Assembly: GCA_963702425.1 (NCBI GenBank)
Contig: CAVPCQ010000010.1
Location: forward strand, 1-64,000
Length of the DNA stretch: 64,000 bases
From: an uncultured Acidobacteriota bacterium
GTDB taxonomy: Bacteria > Acidobacteriota > Polarisedimenticolia > J045
Direction of reading: 5' to 3'
Positions 1 through 9,102 of this stretch are shown piece by piece (position 1 is the stretch's first letter; the number at the start of each line of letters is the position of its first letter). The translations under genes and the position numbers were made by a program. The notes under the pieces are model-generated. The model did not search any database, had not been told where the DNA came from, and was given only the letters and a program-made list of their open reading frames with translations.

Positions 1-1078
1 CGGCGCCCCGGCTGCAGCGCGGATCCACCCCGCCGCCGCCGTCGCCGTCGCCTCCGGTGCCCCGGTCACCAGCCACCCCAGCCGGCGCCCGGCGATCGCC
101 GCGCCCAGCTCCGCCGCCAGCCGCCCGGTATCGCCGCCGAGCCGGCCCATCAGCGCGCCCTGCGGCCGGCGGTTCTGCACCTCGCGCAGCAGCAGGAAGA
201 GCGCGCGCACCGGATCGGCCGTGACGACCGCCGCGGCGCGGCCCGGCGGCGGCGCGGTCCCGGCGGTCCCGTGCTCCAGCACGACGTCGCGCGCCGCGTC
301 GAGCGCCGCCGCCAGCGCGGCGTGATCGGTCGCGACCGGGTCGACCGCCAGCACGAACTCGTCGCCGTCGCGCGCCGCAAGCGAGACGCCCCGCAGCGCG
401 GCGAGGCGCTCGATCAGCGGCCCCGGATCGGCGACGCAGGCGACGCGCAGCCGGAACGGGTCGCGCGGGGCGGGCGCGGCGTCGCGGCCATCGAACAACA
501 GCACGCCGCCCAGCGGCAGCGGCGCGGGCTCCCAGTCGGACGGGTGCAGCGCGGCACGGCCGCGGCGCTCGGTGAGCCGCGCCGCGGTCTCGTGCCCCGG
601 CCCCTCGCGCACACCGAGCGACTTGGGGAACGGGTGCACGAGCCCGGTCGCCAGCTCGAGCGGCGCGAAGTCGTCCGACAGCAGCCGGAAGCCGCGCTCG
701 AGCAGGGACAGGGTCAGCGTCGTCTTGCCCGCGCCGGAAGGGCCGGCCAGGAGCCACGCGCGGCCGGCGTGCGCGACGGTGCCCGCGTGCAGGACCGCGA
801 ACCCCGCGACGCGGTCGAGCAGCGCCTCGAAGATGCGCGCGAAGAGCTGCCCGGGCGGGGGGCCAGGGCCGGCGTCCGGGTCCGGGATCTCCCGCGCCCT
901 CCGCCTCGAACGCCGCACCGTCCCAGGCTTCACCGGCTGCGGCCGGCTCGGTCACGACGAACGTCCCCAGGTCGTGCCGCAACAGGGCGACCAGCTCCGT
1001 GTGCCTCGTCAGGACGAGCATCCGGGCGTCGAGGAGCTCGATCGGGATCCGGAACGCGGCGTGCGGCGGCTCGGCCAT
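1..1078 (-). CDS. HPr kinase-related P-loop protein (runs off window start; one frameshift near 895)
   Basis: Manual minus-strand translation gives VLHAGTVAHAGRAWLLAGPSGAGKTTLTLSLLERGFRLLSDD..VHPFPK (HprK-like LHA, GxSGxGKTT, LSDD). ATG at 1078 is one base out of frame with the kinase core. Absent from the ORF track because no stop lies inside the window. Confidence 0.7.
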   Translation of the reverse strand, partial: MAEPPHAAFRIPIELLDARMLVLTRHTELVALLRHDLGTFVVTEPAAAGEAWDGAAFEAEGAGDPGPGRRPWPPARAALRAHLRGAARPRRGVRGPARGHRRARRPRVAPGRPFRRGQDDADPVPARARLPAAVGRLRAARAGDRARAPVPQVARCARGAGARDRGAAHRAPRPCRAAPVRLGARAAAAGRRAVVRWPRRRARPARPVPAARRLRRRSGAADRAPRRAAGRLACGARRRRVRAGGRPGRDRSRRAGGGARRGARRRAGARDRRDRAAAGPRRGGRHGRSGARALPAAARGAEPPAAGRADGPARRRYRAAGGGAGRGDRRAPAGVAGDRGTGGDGDGGGGVDPRCSRGA

Positions 1079-1089
1079 CGCCAGTGATT

Positions 1090-1761
1090 CTAGTGCCCTG
1101 CCCCGTGGAAGAGCGCCTCCAGCTCCGGCGCCGACTCGGCGTCGACCAGCGCCAGCACCTCGTCGCCCACCGCGAAGACCACGTCGCCGCGCGGGATGAC
1201 GACGTCGGTCCCGCGCAGGATCGCGCAGATCACCGAGTGGCGGGGGAGGGGGAGCTGCCGCAGCGACTGCCCGACGGCGCGGGCGCCCGGCGGGAGCTTC
1301 TCACTGACGAGCGAGTAGCTCCCCCGGCGCAGCTTGAGCAGCGTCATCATGTCGCCCAGCGACATCTCCTGCTCGATCAGGCTGGCCAGGATGTCGGCCT
1401 GGTTGAGCGCCACGTCGACGTGGAACTTCTCGTCGAACAGCCACGCGAACCGGGGGTCGTTGATCGTCGCGATCGTGCGCGGCACCTTGAACCGCTCGCG
1501 GGCCAGGAAGCAGACCGACAGGTTCTCCGGGTCGCTCGACATCGAGGCCACGACGACGTCGGCCTCGGCGATCCCGGCCAGCTCGAGGGTGCGCGGGTCG
1601 GTCGGGTTGCCTTCCCAGATGATCTCGGTCGGCAGCTCGCGGTGCAGGTGGGCGAGCACGTCCAGGCGGTGCTCGACCAGGCGCACGTGGTGGTGCTGCT
1701 CGTGGAGCGTGCGGGCGAGGCGCGCCGCGGTTCGACCGCCTCCTGCGACCAGGACGAACAC
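1090..1761 (-). CDS. trkA: TrkA/KtrA-family potassium uptake regulator (RCK_N + RCK_C)
   Basis: GTG start; VFVLVAGGGRTAARLA Rossmann start, GNPTDPRTLELAGIAEAD, C-terminal AILRGTDVVIPRGDVVFAVGDEV. Confidence 0.85.
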   Translation of the reverse strand: MFVLVAGGGRTAARLARTLHEQHHHVRLVEHRLDVLAHLHRELPTEIIWEGNPTDPRTLELAGIAEADVVVASMSSDPENLSVCFLARERFKVPRTIATINDPRFAWLFDEKFHVDVALNQADILASLIEQEMSLGDMMTLLKLRRGSYSLVSEKLPPGARAVGQSLRQLPLPRHSVICAILRGTDVVIPRGDVVFAVGDEVLALVDAESAPELEALFHGAGH

Positions 1762-1763
1762 GG

Positions 1764-2420
1764 TCAGACCTCCTTGGCGTCGAAGCGGCGCCGCAGTTCG
1801 TCCACGCCCTCGAGCGGGGCCGCCACGTGGACCAGGTCGCCGCTCTCGAGCCGCGTCTCCGGCGTCGGCAGGCTGGCCCGGCCGCCGCGCGTCACCGAGA
1901 CGGCGGTGCAGGCCACGCTGCCGGTCAGGGCGGACAGTGCGCGGCCGCTCCACGACGCCGGCACGCGCAGCTCGTAGATCTCGACCTCGCCGTTGCCGGC
2001 CGAGAAAACCGTCCGCAGCAGCGGGCTCTCGAGCAACTCTTCGATCCGCTGGGCCCCCCACGCCGTCGAGCTGACCGTCTGCAGGCCGAGCGCCTCGTGC
2101 AGGGCGCGCCAGCGCGGGTCGTAGTTGCGGGCGACGACCGACGGGACCTTGTAGGTCGTGCGCGCCACGTGCGCCACGACCGCGTTCACGGCGTCCGAGT
2201 TGGTGACCGCGGCGAGGGCGTCCGCCTTCTCGACCCCGGCCCGCTCGAGCACCCCCTCCGCCAGCGGCTCGGCCTCGATCGTCCGGCCGCGCCAGGTGGG
2301 GTCGAGGTGCTGGAACGACGAGCCGACGTGGTCGATGACGGTCACGTCGTGCCCGCGCCGGCTCAGCTCTTCGGCCAGCTCGGAGCCCACGCGCCCGCAC
2401 CCGACGACGATGACCTGCAT
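1764..2420 (-). CDS. trkA: TrkA/KtrA-family potassium uptake regulator
   Basis: MQVIVVGCGRVGSELA (GxGxxG), VTNSDAVN, C-terminal TrkA-C PTPETRLESGDLVHV. Confidence 0.9.
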   Translation of the reverse strand: MQVIVVGCGRVGSELAEELSRRGHDVTVIDHVGSSFQHLDPTWRGRTIEAEPLAEGVLERAGVEKADALAAVTNSDAVNAVVAHVARTTYKVPSVVARNYDPRWRALHEALGLQTVSSTAWGAQRIEELLESPLLRTVFSAGNGEVEIYELRVPASWSGRALSALTGSVACTAVSVTRGGRASLPTPETRLESGDLVHVAAPLEGVDELRRRFDAKEV

Positions 2421-4385
2421 CTAGCTCCTCGCTTCCTCCGCCCCGACCTGGTACGGGACGCTGGTGATGACGATCCCCCGCTCGAACAGCAGCGCCAGCC
2501 GCAGCATCATCGCGGTCTGCGCGTGCAGCAGGTTGTGCCACGAATGGCGCGGCACGAACTGCGGCACGATGATCGTGATGACCTCGTTCGGCTGCCGTTC
2601 GCGGGCCACGGTGCGGATGTAGTCCAGCAGCGGCTCCACGAGCAGCCGGTACGGCGAATTGACCACGACGAGGCGGACACCCGCGCCCCACTCGCCCCAC
2701 TTCTTCTCCAGCGCGGCGGTCGACTCGGGGTCGGTCGCGACGTAGACCGCAGTGACGTCCTCGGAGAGCGCTCGCGCGTAGAGCAGCGCGCCGAGCGTGC
2801 CGCGGTGGACGCCGCTGATCGGGAGGATCACGCGGTGGCGGTCGACGCGCGGCGGCGTCCCGAAGTCCTCCAGCGAGAGCCGGCGGGCCAGGTCGGCGTA
2901 GTGCCGGTGGATCGCGTAGAAGACCCCCACCAGCGCGGGGATGGCCAGCAGCACGACCCACGCCCCGTCGCGGAACTTCGTCACCGCGAAGACCAGGGTG
3001 ACGAGTGCCGTCAGTACCGCGCCCAGGCCGTTGAGGATCATCTTCAGCAGCCAGCGCCGGTCGAAGCGCAGGGTCGAGCCCCGCTCGCGCCGCTCCTCGC
3101 CCGGGGCGAGCCGCCGGGACTTCCATCCGCGGCGGGCCATTCCGGCCTGCGAGAGCGTGAAGGACAGGAACACGCCGATCGCGTAGAGCGGGATCAGGCC
3201 GGTGACGCTCGCCGAGAAGATGACGATCAGGAGCGACGCGACCGCCGCGAGCACGGCGATCCCGCGCGAGAAGACCAGCCGGCTGCCACGGTAGGTGAGT
3301 TGACGCGGCAGGTAGCCGTCGGCGGCCTGCAGCGCGGCCAGGCGCGGGAAGCCGGCATAGGCGGTGTTGGCGGCCATGGCCAGGATCATCGCCGTGGCGG
3401 CGATGACCGCGAGGTAGAGTGGCCCACGGCCCGCGAACACCGTCCGTGCGAGCTGCGAGATGACCGTCTCGTGCTCGGACGGGACCGCATGCACCGCTCC
3501 GGCGAGGTAGCTGATCGACAGGAAAAGCGTCCCGAGGATCCCCGACATCCAGATCAGGGTGATCCCGGCGTTGCGGCTGCGCGGCTCGCGGAAGGCCGGG
3601 ATTCCGTTCGAGATCGCCTCGACGCCGGTCAGCGCGGCGGTGCCGCTGCTGAAGGCGTGGAGCAGGAGGAACAGGCCGATGGCGCGGGTCGGCTCGACGT
3701 CGAGCGGCGGCGGATCGGCGACTGCGCCCAGCGAGCCGAGCGCGAGCCGCACGAACGCGACCCCGACCGTCAGGACGATCATCACGAGGAAGAAATAGGT
3801 CGGGACCGCGAAGACGAGCCCCGACTCCTTCGCCCCGCGCAGGTTGATGAACGACACCAGCACGACCAGCGCGACGGCAAGTCCGACGCGGAACGGGAAG
3901 ACGGCCGGGAACGCCGAAGTCACCTGGGCGACCGCGGAGGAGACGGAAACCGCGACCGTCAGGATGTAGTCCATCAGCAGCGCCGCGCCGGCGACCTGGG
4001 CTGCGAACTCGCCCAGGTTGTCGCGCGCCACGATGTAGGCCCCGCCGCCGCCGGGGTAGGCGTGGATCGTCTGCTCGTAGGAGATCGTGACGATCAGCAG
4101 CAGCAGCGCGATCGCGATCGCGATCGGGAAGACGTAGGCGAGGGCGGCGGTGCCGGCCATCGCCAGGATGATCATGATCTCCTGCGTCGCGTACGCCGTG
4201 GACGAGAGCGCGTCGGACGAGAAGACGGCGAGGCCGACGGCCTTCCCGATCGCCTGGTGCGGTGCGTCGGCGGTGGGCAGGGGGCGGCCGAAGAGCCAGG
4301 TGCGCCAGGCGCGGCGGGGCGGGGCGCCGGACTCGCGATACCCCGGCGGGCCGGCCGCACCGGGGCGAACGAACGAGCGATCCAT
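2421..4385 (-). CDS. APC-superfamily permease, KimA/YdaO-like K+ transporter
   Basis: SSDALSSTAYATQEI, YPGGGGAYIVARDNLG, TGVEAISNG, LIPLYAIGVF motifs; many TM segments plus cytoplasmic C-terminal domain (SPYR, LLHAQTA). Confidence 0.85.
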   Translation of the reverse strand: MDRSFVRPGAAGPPGYRESGAPPRRAWRTWLFGRPLPTADAPHQAIGKAVGLAVFSSDALSSTAYATQEIMIILAMAGTAALAYVFPIAIAIALLLLIVTISYEQTIHAYPGGGGAYIVARDNLGEFAAQVAGAALLMDYILTVAVSVSSAVAQVTSAFPAVFPFRVGLAVALVVLVSFINLRGAKESGLVFAVPTYFFLVMIVLTVGVAFVRLALGSLGAVADPPPLDVEPTRAIGLFLLLHAFSSGTAALTGVEAISNGIPAFREPRSRNAGITLIWMSGILGTLFLSISYLAGAVHAVPSEHETVISQLARTVFAGRGPLYLAVIAATAMILAMAANTAYAGFPRLAALQAADGYLPRQLTYRGSRLVFSRGIAVLAAVASLLIVIFSASVTGLIPLYAIGVFLSFTLSQAGMARRGWKSRRLAPGEERRERGSTLRFDRRWLLKMILNGLGAVLTALVTLVFAVTKFRDGAWVVLLAIPALVGVFYAIHRHYADLARRLSLEDFGTPPRVDRHRVILPISGVHRGTLGALLYARALSEDVTAVYVATDPESTAALEKKWGEWGAGVRLVVVNSPYRLLVEPLLDYIRTVARERQPNEVITIIVPQFVPRHSWHNLLHAQTAMMLRLALLFERGIVITSVPYQVGAEEARS

Positions 4386-4435
4386 CGGCAGACGGGGAGG
4401 GACTCTAGCACACCCCGCCCGGCGGGAATCCGCCG

Positions 4436-5461
4436 CTAGTGTCCGGCCCCGGCCTTCTCGCCGCGCGTCACGAGCAGGGAGAGGGCGATCGATCCGAAGA
4501 GCAGCGCCGCGATGATCCCCAAAGACCAGCTGATCGGGAACTTGCCGCCGTACAACTCGTTCAGCCAGACCATCTTCAGGCCGACGAAGACCAGGATCAG
4601 GCCCAGGCCGTACTTGAGCATCCGGAAGCGGTGCACCACGCCGGCCAGGAGGAAGTACATCGCGCGCAGCCCGAGGATCGCGAAGACGTTGGAGGTGTAG
4701 ACGATCAGCGGCTCCTTGGTGATCGCGAAGATCGCGGGCACGGAGTCGACGGCGAAGATGATGTCGGAGATCTCGATGAAGGCCAGCGCGATGAACAGCG
4801 GGGTGGCGAAGAGCCGCCCCTCGCGGCGCAGGAAGAAGCGCTGCCCCTCGATCGTCGGCGTGACCGGCAGGAACCTCTTCAGCAGGCGGATCAGGGGGTT
4901 CTTGTCGGGATCGATCGGCTTCTCGGGCGCGAACAGGATCTTGATTCCGGTCAGGATCAGGAAGGCACCGAAGACGATGACGACGATGTGGTACTGCATC
5001 AGCACCGAGCCCGCCGCGATGAACAGGGCCCGGAAGACGAGTGCGCCGAGGATGCCGTAGAAGAGCACCCGGTGCTGGTAGCGCGGCGGGATCGCGAAGA
5101 AGTTGAATACGACGACGAAGATGAAGATGTTGTCGACGGCCAGCGACTTCTCGACCACGAGGCCGGTCAGGTACTCGAGGAAGACCTGCCAGGCCGCGGC
5201 GTCGGCCTGGAAGCCGGGGATCGCGGTGAGCCGCGTCTCGCCGGGCAGGTCCCAGAGCGCGTAGCCGTAGAGCCCGACCCCGAAGAGCAGCGCCAGCGAG
5301 ATCCAGACGACGGTCCAGATCGAGGCCTCCTTGAAGGAGACCTCGTGGGCTTCACGGTGGAAGAACCCGAGGTCGAGCAATAGCAGGACGAGGACCAGCC
5401 CGGTGAACCCGAGGTAGAACCCCCAGTACTGGGCGAACGGGAACAGCAGGGTGCTATCCAA
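4436..5461 (-). CDS. TerC/Alx family membrane protein (Mn2+ homeostasis family)
   Basis: EKSLAVDNIFIF, DIIFAVDSVPAIFAIT, TSNVFAILGLRAMYF TerC motifs; TTG start with GGAGG upstream. Confidence 0.9.
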   Translation of the reverse strand: MDSTLLFPFAQYWGFYLGFTGLVLVLLLLDLGFFHREAHEVSFKEASIWTVVWISLALLFGVGLYGYALWDLPGETRLTAIPGFQADAAAWQVFLEYLTGLVVEKSLAVDNIFIFVVVFNFFAIPPRYQHRVLFYGILGALVFRALFIAAGSVLMQYHIVVIVFGAFLILTGIKILFAPEKPIDPDKNPLIRLLKRFLPVTPTIEGQRFFLRREGRLFATPLFIALAFIEISDIIFAVDSVPAIFAITKEPLIVYTSNVFAILGLRAMYFLLAGVVHRFRMLKYGLGLILVFVGLKMVWLNELYGGKFPISWSLGIIAALLFGSIALSLLVTRGEKAGAGH

Positions 5462-5494
5462 GCGGTCCTCCCCCGGTGGCCGGGCGCGGGCGCG

Positions 5495-5522
5495 ATTGTA
5501 GAGAGCGGCGGAGAAAGGACAA
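5495..5522 (-). promoter_or_regulatory. Putative sigma70 promoter for terC/alx (TTGTCC-16 bp-TACAAT)
   Basis: Minus-strand TACAAT at 5495-5500 and TTGTCC at 5517-5522, 34 bp upstream of the TTG start. Confidence 0.45.
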
Positions 5523-5685
5523 CCCGGACCGACCCTGGGCCCGAGGCTGACCGGTCAGGCAGCCGGAGCCGGCCGGTCCGCCGGCGGTATCCGGGTGCCC
5601 CGGGGCGGCGGTTCGGATAAGATCATCCGGAAAGCCAAGAGACGAGATGAAGGCAGTCAGCCCATTCCCGCGTTGCCTCCCCGCC
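5507..5685 (-). ncRNA. Candidate ~180-nt structured RNA (unidentified; 6S-like size)
   Basis: Intergenic. Ends are complementary, an inner stem pairs 5545-5553 with 5654-5662, and a small hairpin lies at 5614-5629. Plus-strand mismatches become G-U pairs on the minus strand. No family recognised. Confidence 0.35.
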
Positions 5686-5705
5686 TCCCGCCCCGGGATG
5701 CGAGC

Positions 5706-6647
5706 GTGACCGCTGCCCCGGCGGCGGCCGGCGAGGCCCGGTTGTTCCGGTACGACGCGCATCCCCGCACCGACGGCCGCCGACAATACGTCTACGCGGT
5801 CCTGTCGCGCCGTGCGCGGGGGATCTCGATCGGGCTCAATCTCTGCCCCGACGCGGCGTGCAACTTCGGCTGCGTCTACTGCCAGGTGGATCGATCGATC
5901 CCGCGCCCCCCGTGCGGAATCGACGAGGGCCGCCTGCTCGACGAACTGGAAGCCACGCTCGAGGAGGGCCGGGATGGCCGACTGCTCGCGCGTGCGGCGG
6001 CGGACGGGGTACCCGTCCCGCTGCGACGGGTCGCGGACGTCGCCTTCTCGGGCGACGGCGAGCCGACCTCGTACCCGGGTTGGGGTGCCCTGGTCGACAA
6101 GGTGGGTGCGATGATCGACCGCACCCTGCCGGGGACGCCGATCGTGCTCATCACCAATGCCAGCCTGTTCCACCTCGCGGAGGTGGCAATCGGACTGGAC
6201 CGGCTCGCGGCGCGCGGGGGGCGCGTGTGGGCCAAGCTGGACGCGGGGACGGAGTCCTGGTTCTCGCGCGTCAACGGGACGCGCGTCCCGTTCGCCCGCG
6301 TCCTCGACAACATCGGCGAGGAGGCCCGCAAGCGGCCGCTCGTCATCCAGAGTCTTTTCCTGCGGCTCGCGGGCGAGGCTCCCCCACCGGGGGAGATCGA
6401 CGCCTGGGTGTCACGGCTGGCGGTCCTCGTCGCCGGCGGCGGGAGGCTGCGCGAGGTCCAGGTGACCACGATCGCGCGCCCCCCCGCCGACCCGGCGGCC
6501 GAGGCGTTGTCGCCGGCCGAACTGGAAGGGATCGCCGACCGCGCGCGCGCGGCGCTGCCCCTGGTCCCGGTGGAGGTCTACGCGACTTCCCCGACTGGGA
6601 ATGGCCGGGCCGGGCAGCCGCACGCGCCGGACGGAGGCGCTCCATGA
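5706..6647 (+). CDS. Radical SAM protein (COG0731-like)
   Basis: VLSRRARGISIGLNL, CNFGCVYCQ (CxxxCxxC), FSGDGEPT, LITNAS, WAKLDAG. GTG at 5706 chosen over 5595; start uncertain. Confidence 0.85.
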   Translation: MTAAPAAAGEARLFRYDAHPRTDGRRQYVYAVLSRRARGISIGLNLCPDAACNFGCVYCQVDRSIPRPPCGIDEGRLLDELEATLEEGRDGRLLARAAADGVPVPLRRVADVAFSGDGEPTSYPGWGALVDKVGAMIDRTLPGTPIVLITNASLFHLAEVAIGLDRLAARGGRVWAKLDAGTESWFSRVNGTRVPFARVLDNIGEEARKRPLVIQSLFLRLAGEAPPPGEIDAWVSRLAVLVAGGGRLREVQVTTIARPPADPAAEALSPAELEGIADRARAALPLVPVEVYATSPTGNGRAGQPHAPDGGAP

Positions 6648-6698
6648 GCGCCGTGACGAGCTGGAACGCTTCGGGAACTCCCGCAGGGAGATCCACGA

Positions 6699-8986
6699 GT
6701 GTCCGAAAAACAGAAAGCGATGCTGATCAACGTCACCCACGCGGAAGAGAGCCGGGTGGCGATCGTGGCCGACGGGATCCTCGAATCGTTTGAAATCGAG
6801 ACCTTCGACCACCGGGCGCAGAAGGGGAACATCTACAAGGGGCGGGTCGAGTCGGTCCACCCCGGCCTCCAGGCGGCCTTCGTCGACATCGGGGGGGCGC
6901 GCGGCGCGTTCCTGCCGCTCGACGAGGTCAACTTCGTGCTGCACGCGCCGAAGAACGGCGCGAAGGGGCGGATCGAGAACCACCTCGCGCGCGGCCAGGA
7001 GATCCTGGTCCAGGTCGTGCGCGACGCCTACGCCACCAAGCCCCCGACGCTGTCGACCTACTTCTCGCTGCCGGGCCGCTACCTCGTCCTGACGCCGAAC
7101 ACCGAGAGCGCCGGAATCTCGCGCAAGCTCGACGAGAAGGACCGCGACAAGCTGCGCAAGACGCTCGAGGGGCTGCCGCTGCCGGAAGGCTGCGGCATCA
7201 TCGCCCGGACTGCCGGGGCCAGCGCGACGAAGGTCGAGATCCAGCGCGACCTGAAGTACCTGCTGCGGCTTTGGGAGACGATCGCGACGGCCGGGGCGAA
7301 AGTCCGGGCGCCGAAGCTGGTCTACCAGGAGCGCAGCCTCGTCATCCGCGCGATCCGCGACCTCTACACCCCCGACATCGACGAGATCGCGGTCGACGAC
7401 GAGGACACCTACCGCGAGATCCAGGACTTCTTCGACGCGATCCTGCCGACCAAGAAGAAGTGCGTCAAGCTCTACCAGGGCGACCGGCCGATCTTCAACA
7501 AGTACAACCTGGAAGAGCAGATCGAGAACATCTTCCGCCGCCGGGTCCCGCTGCCTTCGGGCGGGGCGATCATCTTCGACACGACCGAGGCCCTGACCGC
7601 CGTCGACGTCAACTCCGGCAAGATGAAGGGTGAGTCGCACATCGAGGACACCGCGACCAAGGCCAACGTCGAGGCGGCGCAGGAGATCGCGCGCCAGCTC
7701 CGGCTGCGCGACCTGGGCGGGCTGGTGGTGATCGACTTCATCGACATGCGCGCGTCCAAGCACATCCGGCAGGTCGAGAAGGCGTTCAAGGACTCGCTCA
7801 AGAAGGACAAGGCGCGCTACGACGTGACGCGCATCAGCATGCTCGGCCTGCTCGAGCTGAGCCGCGAACGGATGAACCCCGAGAAGTCGTCGCTGCGCTA
7901 CACCGACTGCCCGACCTGCGACGGGACCGGCTCGATCAAGACGATCGAGGCGGCGGCGCTGCAGGCGCTGCGTCGGCTGCAGACGCGTGTCGTGCGCGGC
8001 GACCTCGAGAACGTCGAGCTGCAGTTGCCGCCCGACGTCGCCGAGTACCTGCTGAACCAGAAGCGCGAGGACCTGACCGGGCTCGAGGAGCGCTACAAGA
8101 CGCGGATCCTCGTCAAGGGCGATCCCGCGATGAGCCGCGACGGCTGCGAGGTCCGGACCGTGGCGCGCGAGAAGTCGCGCGAGACGGGGCCGGTCGTGGG
8201 CGCCCCGACGCACGGCCAGATCCTGGCCGCGATCGAGGCCGAGCCCGACCTGCCGGAGCCGGCCCCGAAAGCCGCCCGGCGCAAGGCCGCGCCCGCGCAG
8301 GCCGCTCCGGCTGCGGAGGCTGCGGAGGAAGGCGAGGGCGAGGGCGAAGGGACGCGGAGAAGAAGAAGCGCCGCCGCCGCCGCGGCGGGCGCCGGCGTCG
8401 CAAGGGGAAGGGGGGCGAGGGCGAGGACGCGGCGCAGCGCGCCGAGGGCGCCGAGGGGGGCGAGGCGTACGACGAGGAGGCGGACTCGGGCGACGTCTCG
8501 GTGGCGGACGAGGATGACGAGGCCGGTGCGGCCGGGGCCGCGGAGGCCGGCGAAGGCGGCGAAGGCGAAGGTGAAGGTGAAGGAGACGGCACCGGCAAGA
8601 AGAAGCGCCGCCGTCGCCGCGGCGGGCGTCGGCGCCGCAAGGGGAAGGGGGGCGCGGAGGGAACGGAGCAGGCCGGCGGTGAGGGCGGTGAGGGCAGCGA
8701 GAGCGGTGAGGGTGGCGAGGACGTCGAGGACGTCGACGACGACCAGGAGTCCGTCGCCCGCCCGCCGGCGCGAACCAGGCGCGGACACGCTGCGGTTGCG
8801 GGTGCCCCGCCGTCTCCTCCCCCTCCGCCTGCTCCGGCCGTACCGGTGGTCAACGAAGCCGAGCTGATCGCGGGCCCCGCGCCGCGCGCGCAGTGGTGGC
8901 GGAAGCTGCTCGGGGCGGAGGGGACGGCGGAGCCGGGTGCGCACGACCACGACAGCACGGAGGACCCGCGCGAAGACGGGATCTGA
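6699..8986 (+). CDS. rne: Rne/Rng family ribonuclease E/G with long disordered C-terminus (frameshift near 8350)
   Basis: GNIYKGRV S1 domain, AAFVDIG, DVNSG, QLRLRDLGGLVVIDFIDM, Zn-link CPTCDGTG. The tail continues in the 8501..8986 frame after an apparent lost G. Confidence 0.9.
8328..8654 (+). repeat. Internal direct repeat in the rne tail encoding EGEGEG..KKKRRRRRGGRRRRKGKGG twice
   Basis: Near-identical aagaagaagcgccgccg(c/t)cgccgcggcgggcg(c/t)cggcg(t/c)cgcaaggggaaggggggcg at about 8361-8417 and 8598-8654, each preceded by GAA/GGC-rich codons. Confidence 0.8.
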
Positions 8987-9009
8987 GGCGTCGAAGGGCG
9001 CGGCGCAGG

Positions 9010-9102
9010 ATGACGGCGATTGCGGCTGCGGGACGGTCCGGTTCGCCCGAACCGCCCGCGCCGCAGGCCGCGCGCTACCCTCCCCGCGAGGAGTGACCGC
9101 CG
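9010..9102 (+). repeat. Conserved Uma2 leader, copy 1 (hairpin 9021-9065; 28-codon uORF 9010-9096)
   Basis: Aligns without indels to 17029-17115 and 54734-54820; shared tgcgggacgg and gcgcgctac(c/g)ctcccc..gaggagtg blocks. Confidence 0.8.

Noticed and set aside
4386-4435. c-di-AMP (ydaO) riboswitch before the KimA-like gene
   Set aside because: Only 50 bp of intergenic space and no matching consensus.
5479-5501. GCCGGGCGCG..TGTAG resemblance to the SRP Alu 5' end
   Set aside because: Short GC-rich coincidence; the TGTAG is the reverse complement of the TACAAT promoter box, and no SRP helix-8 motif follows.
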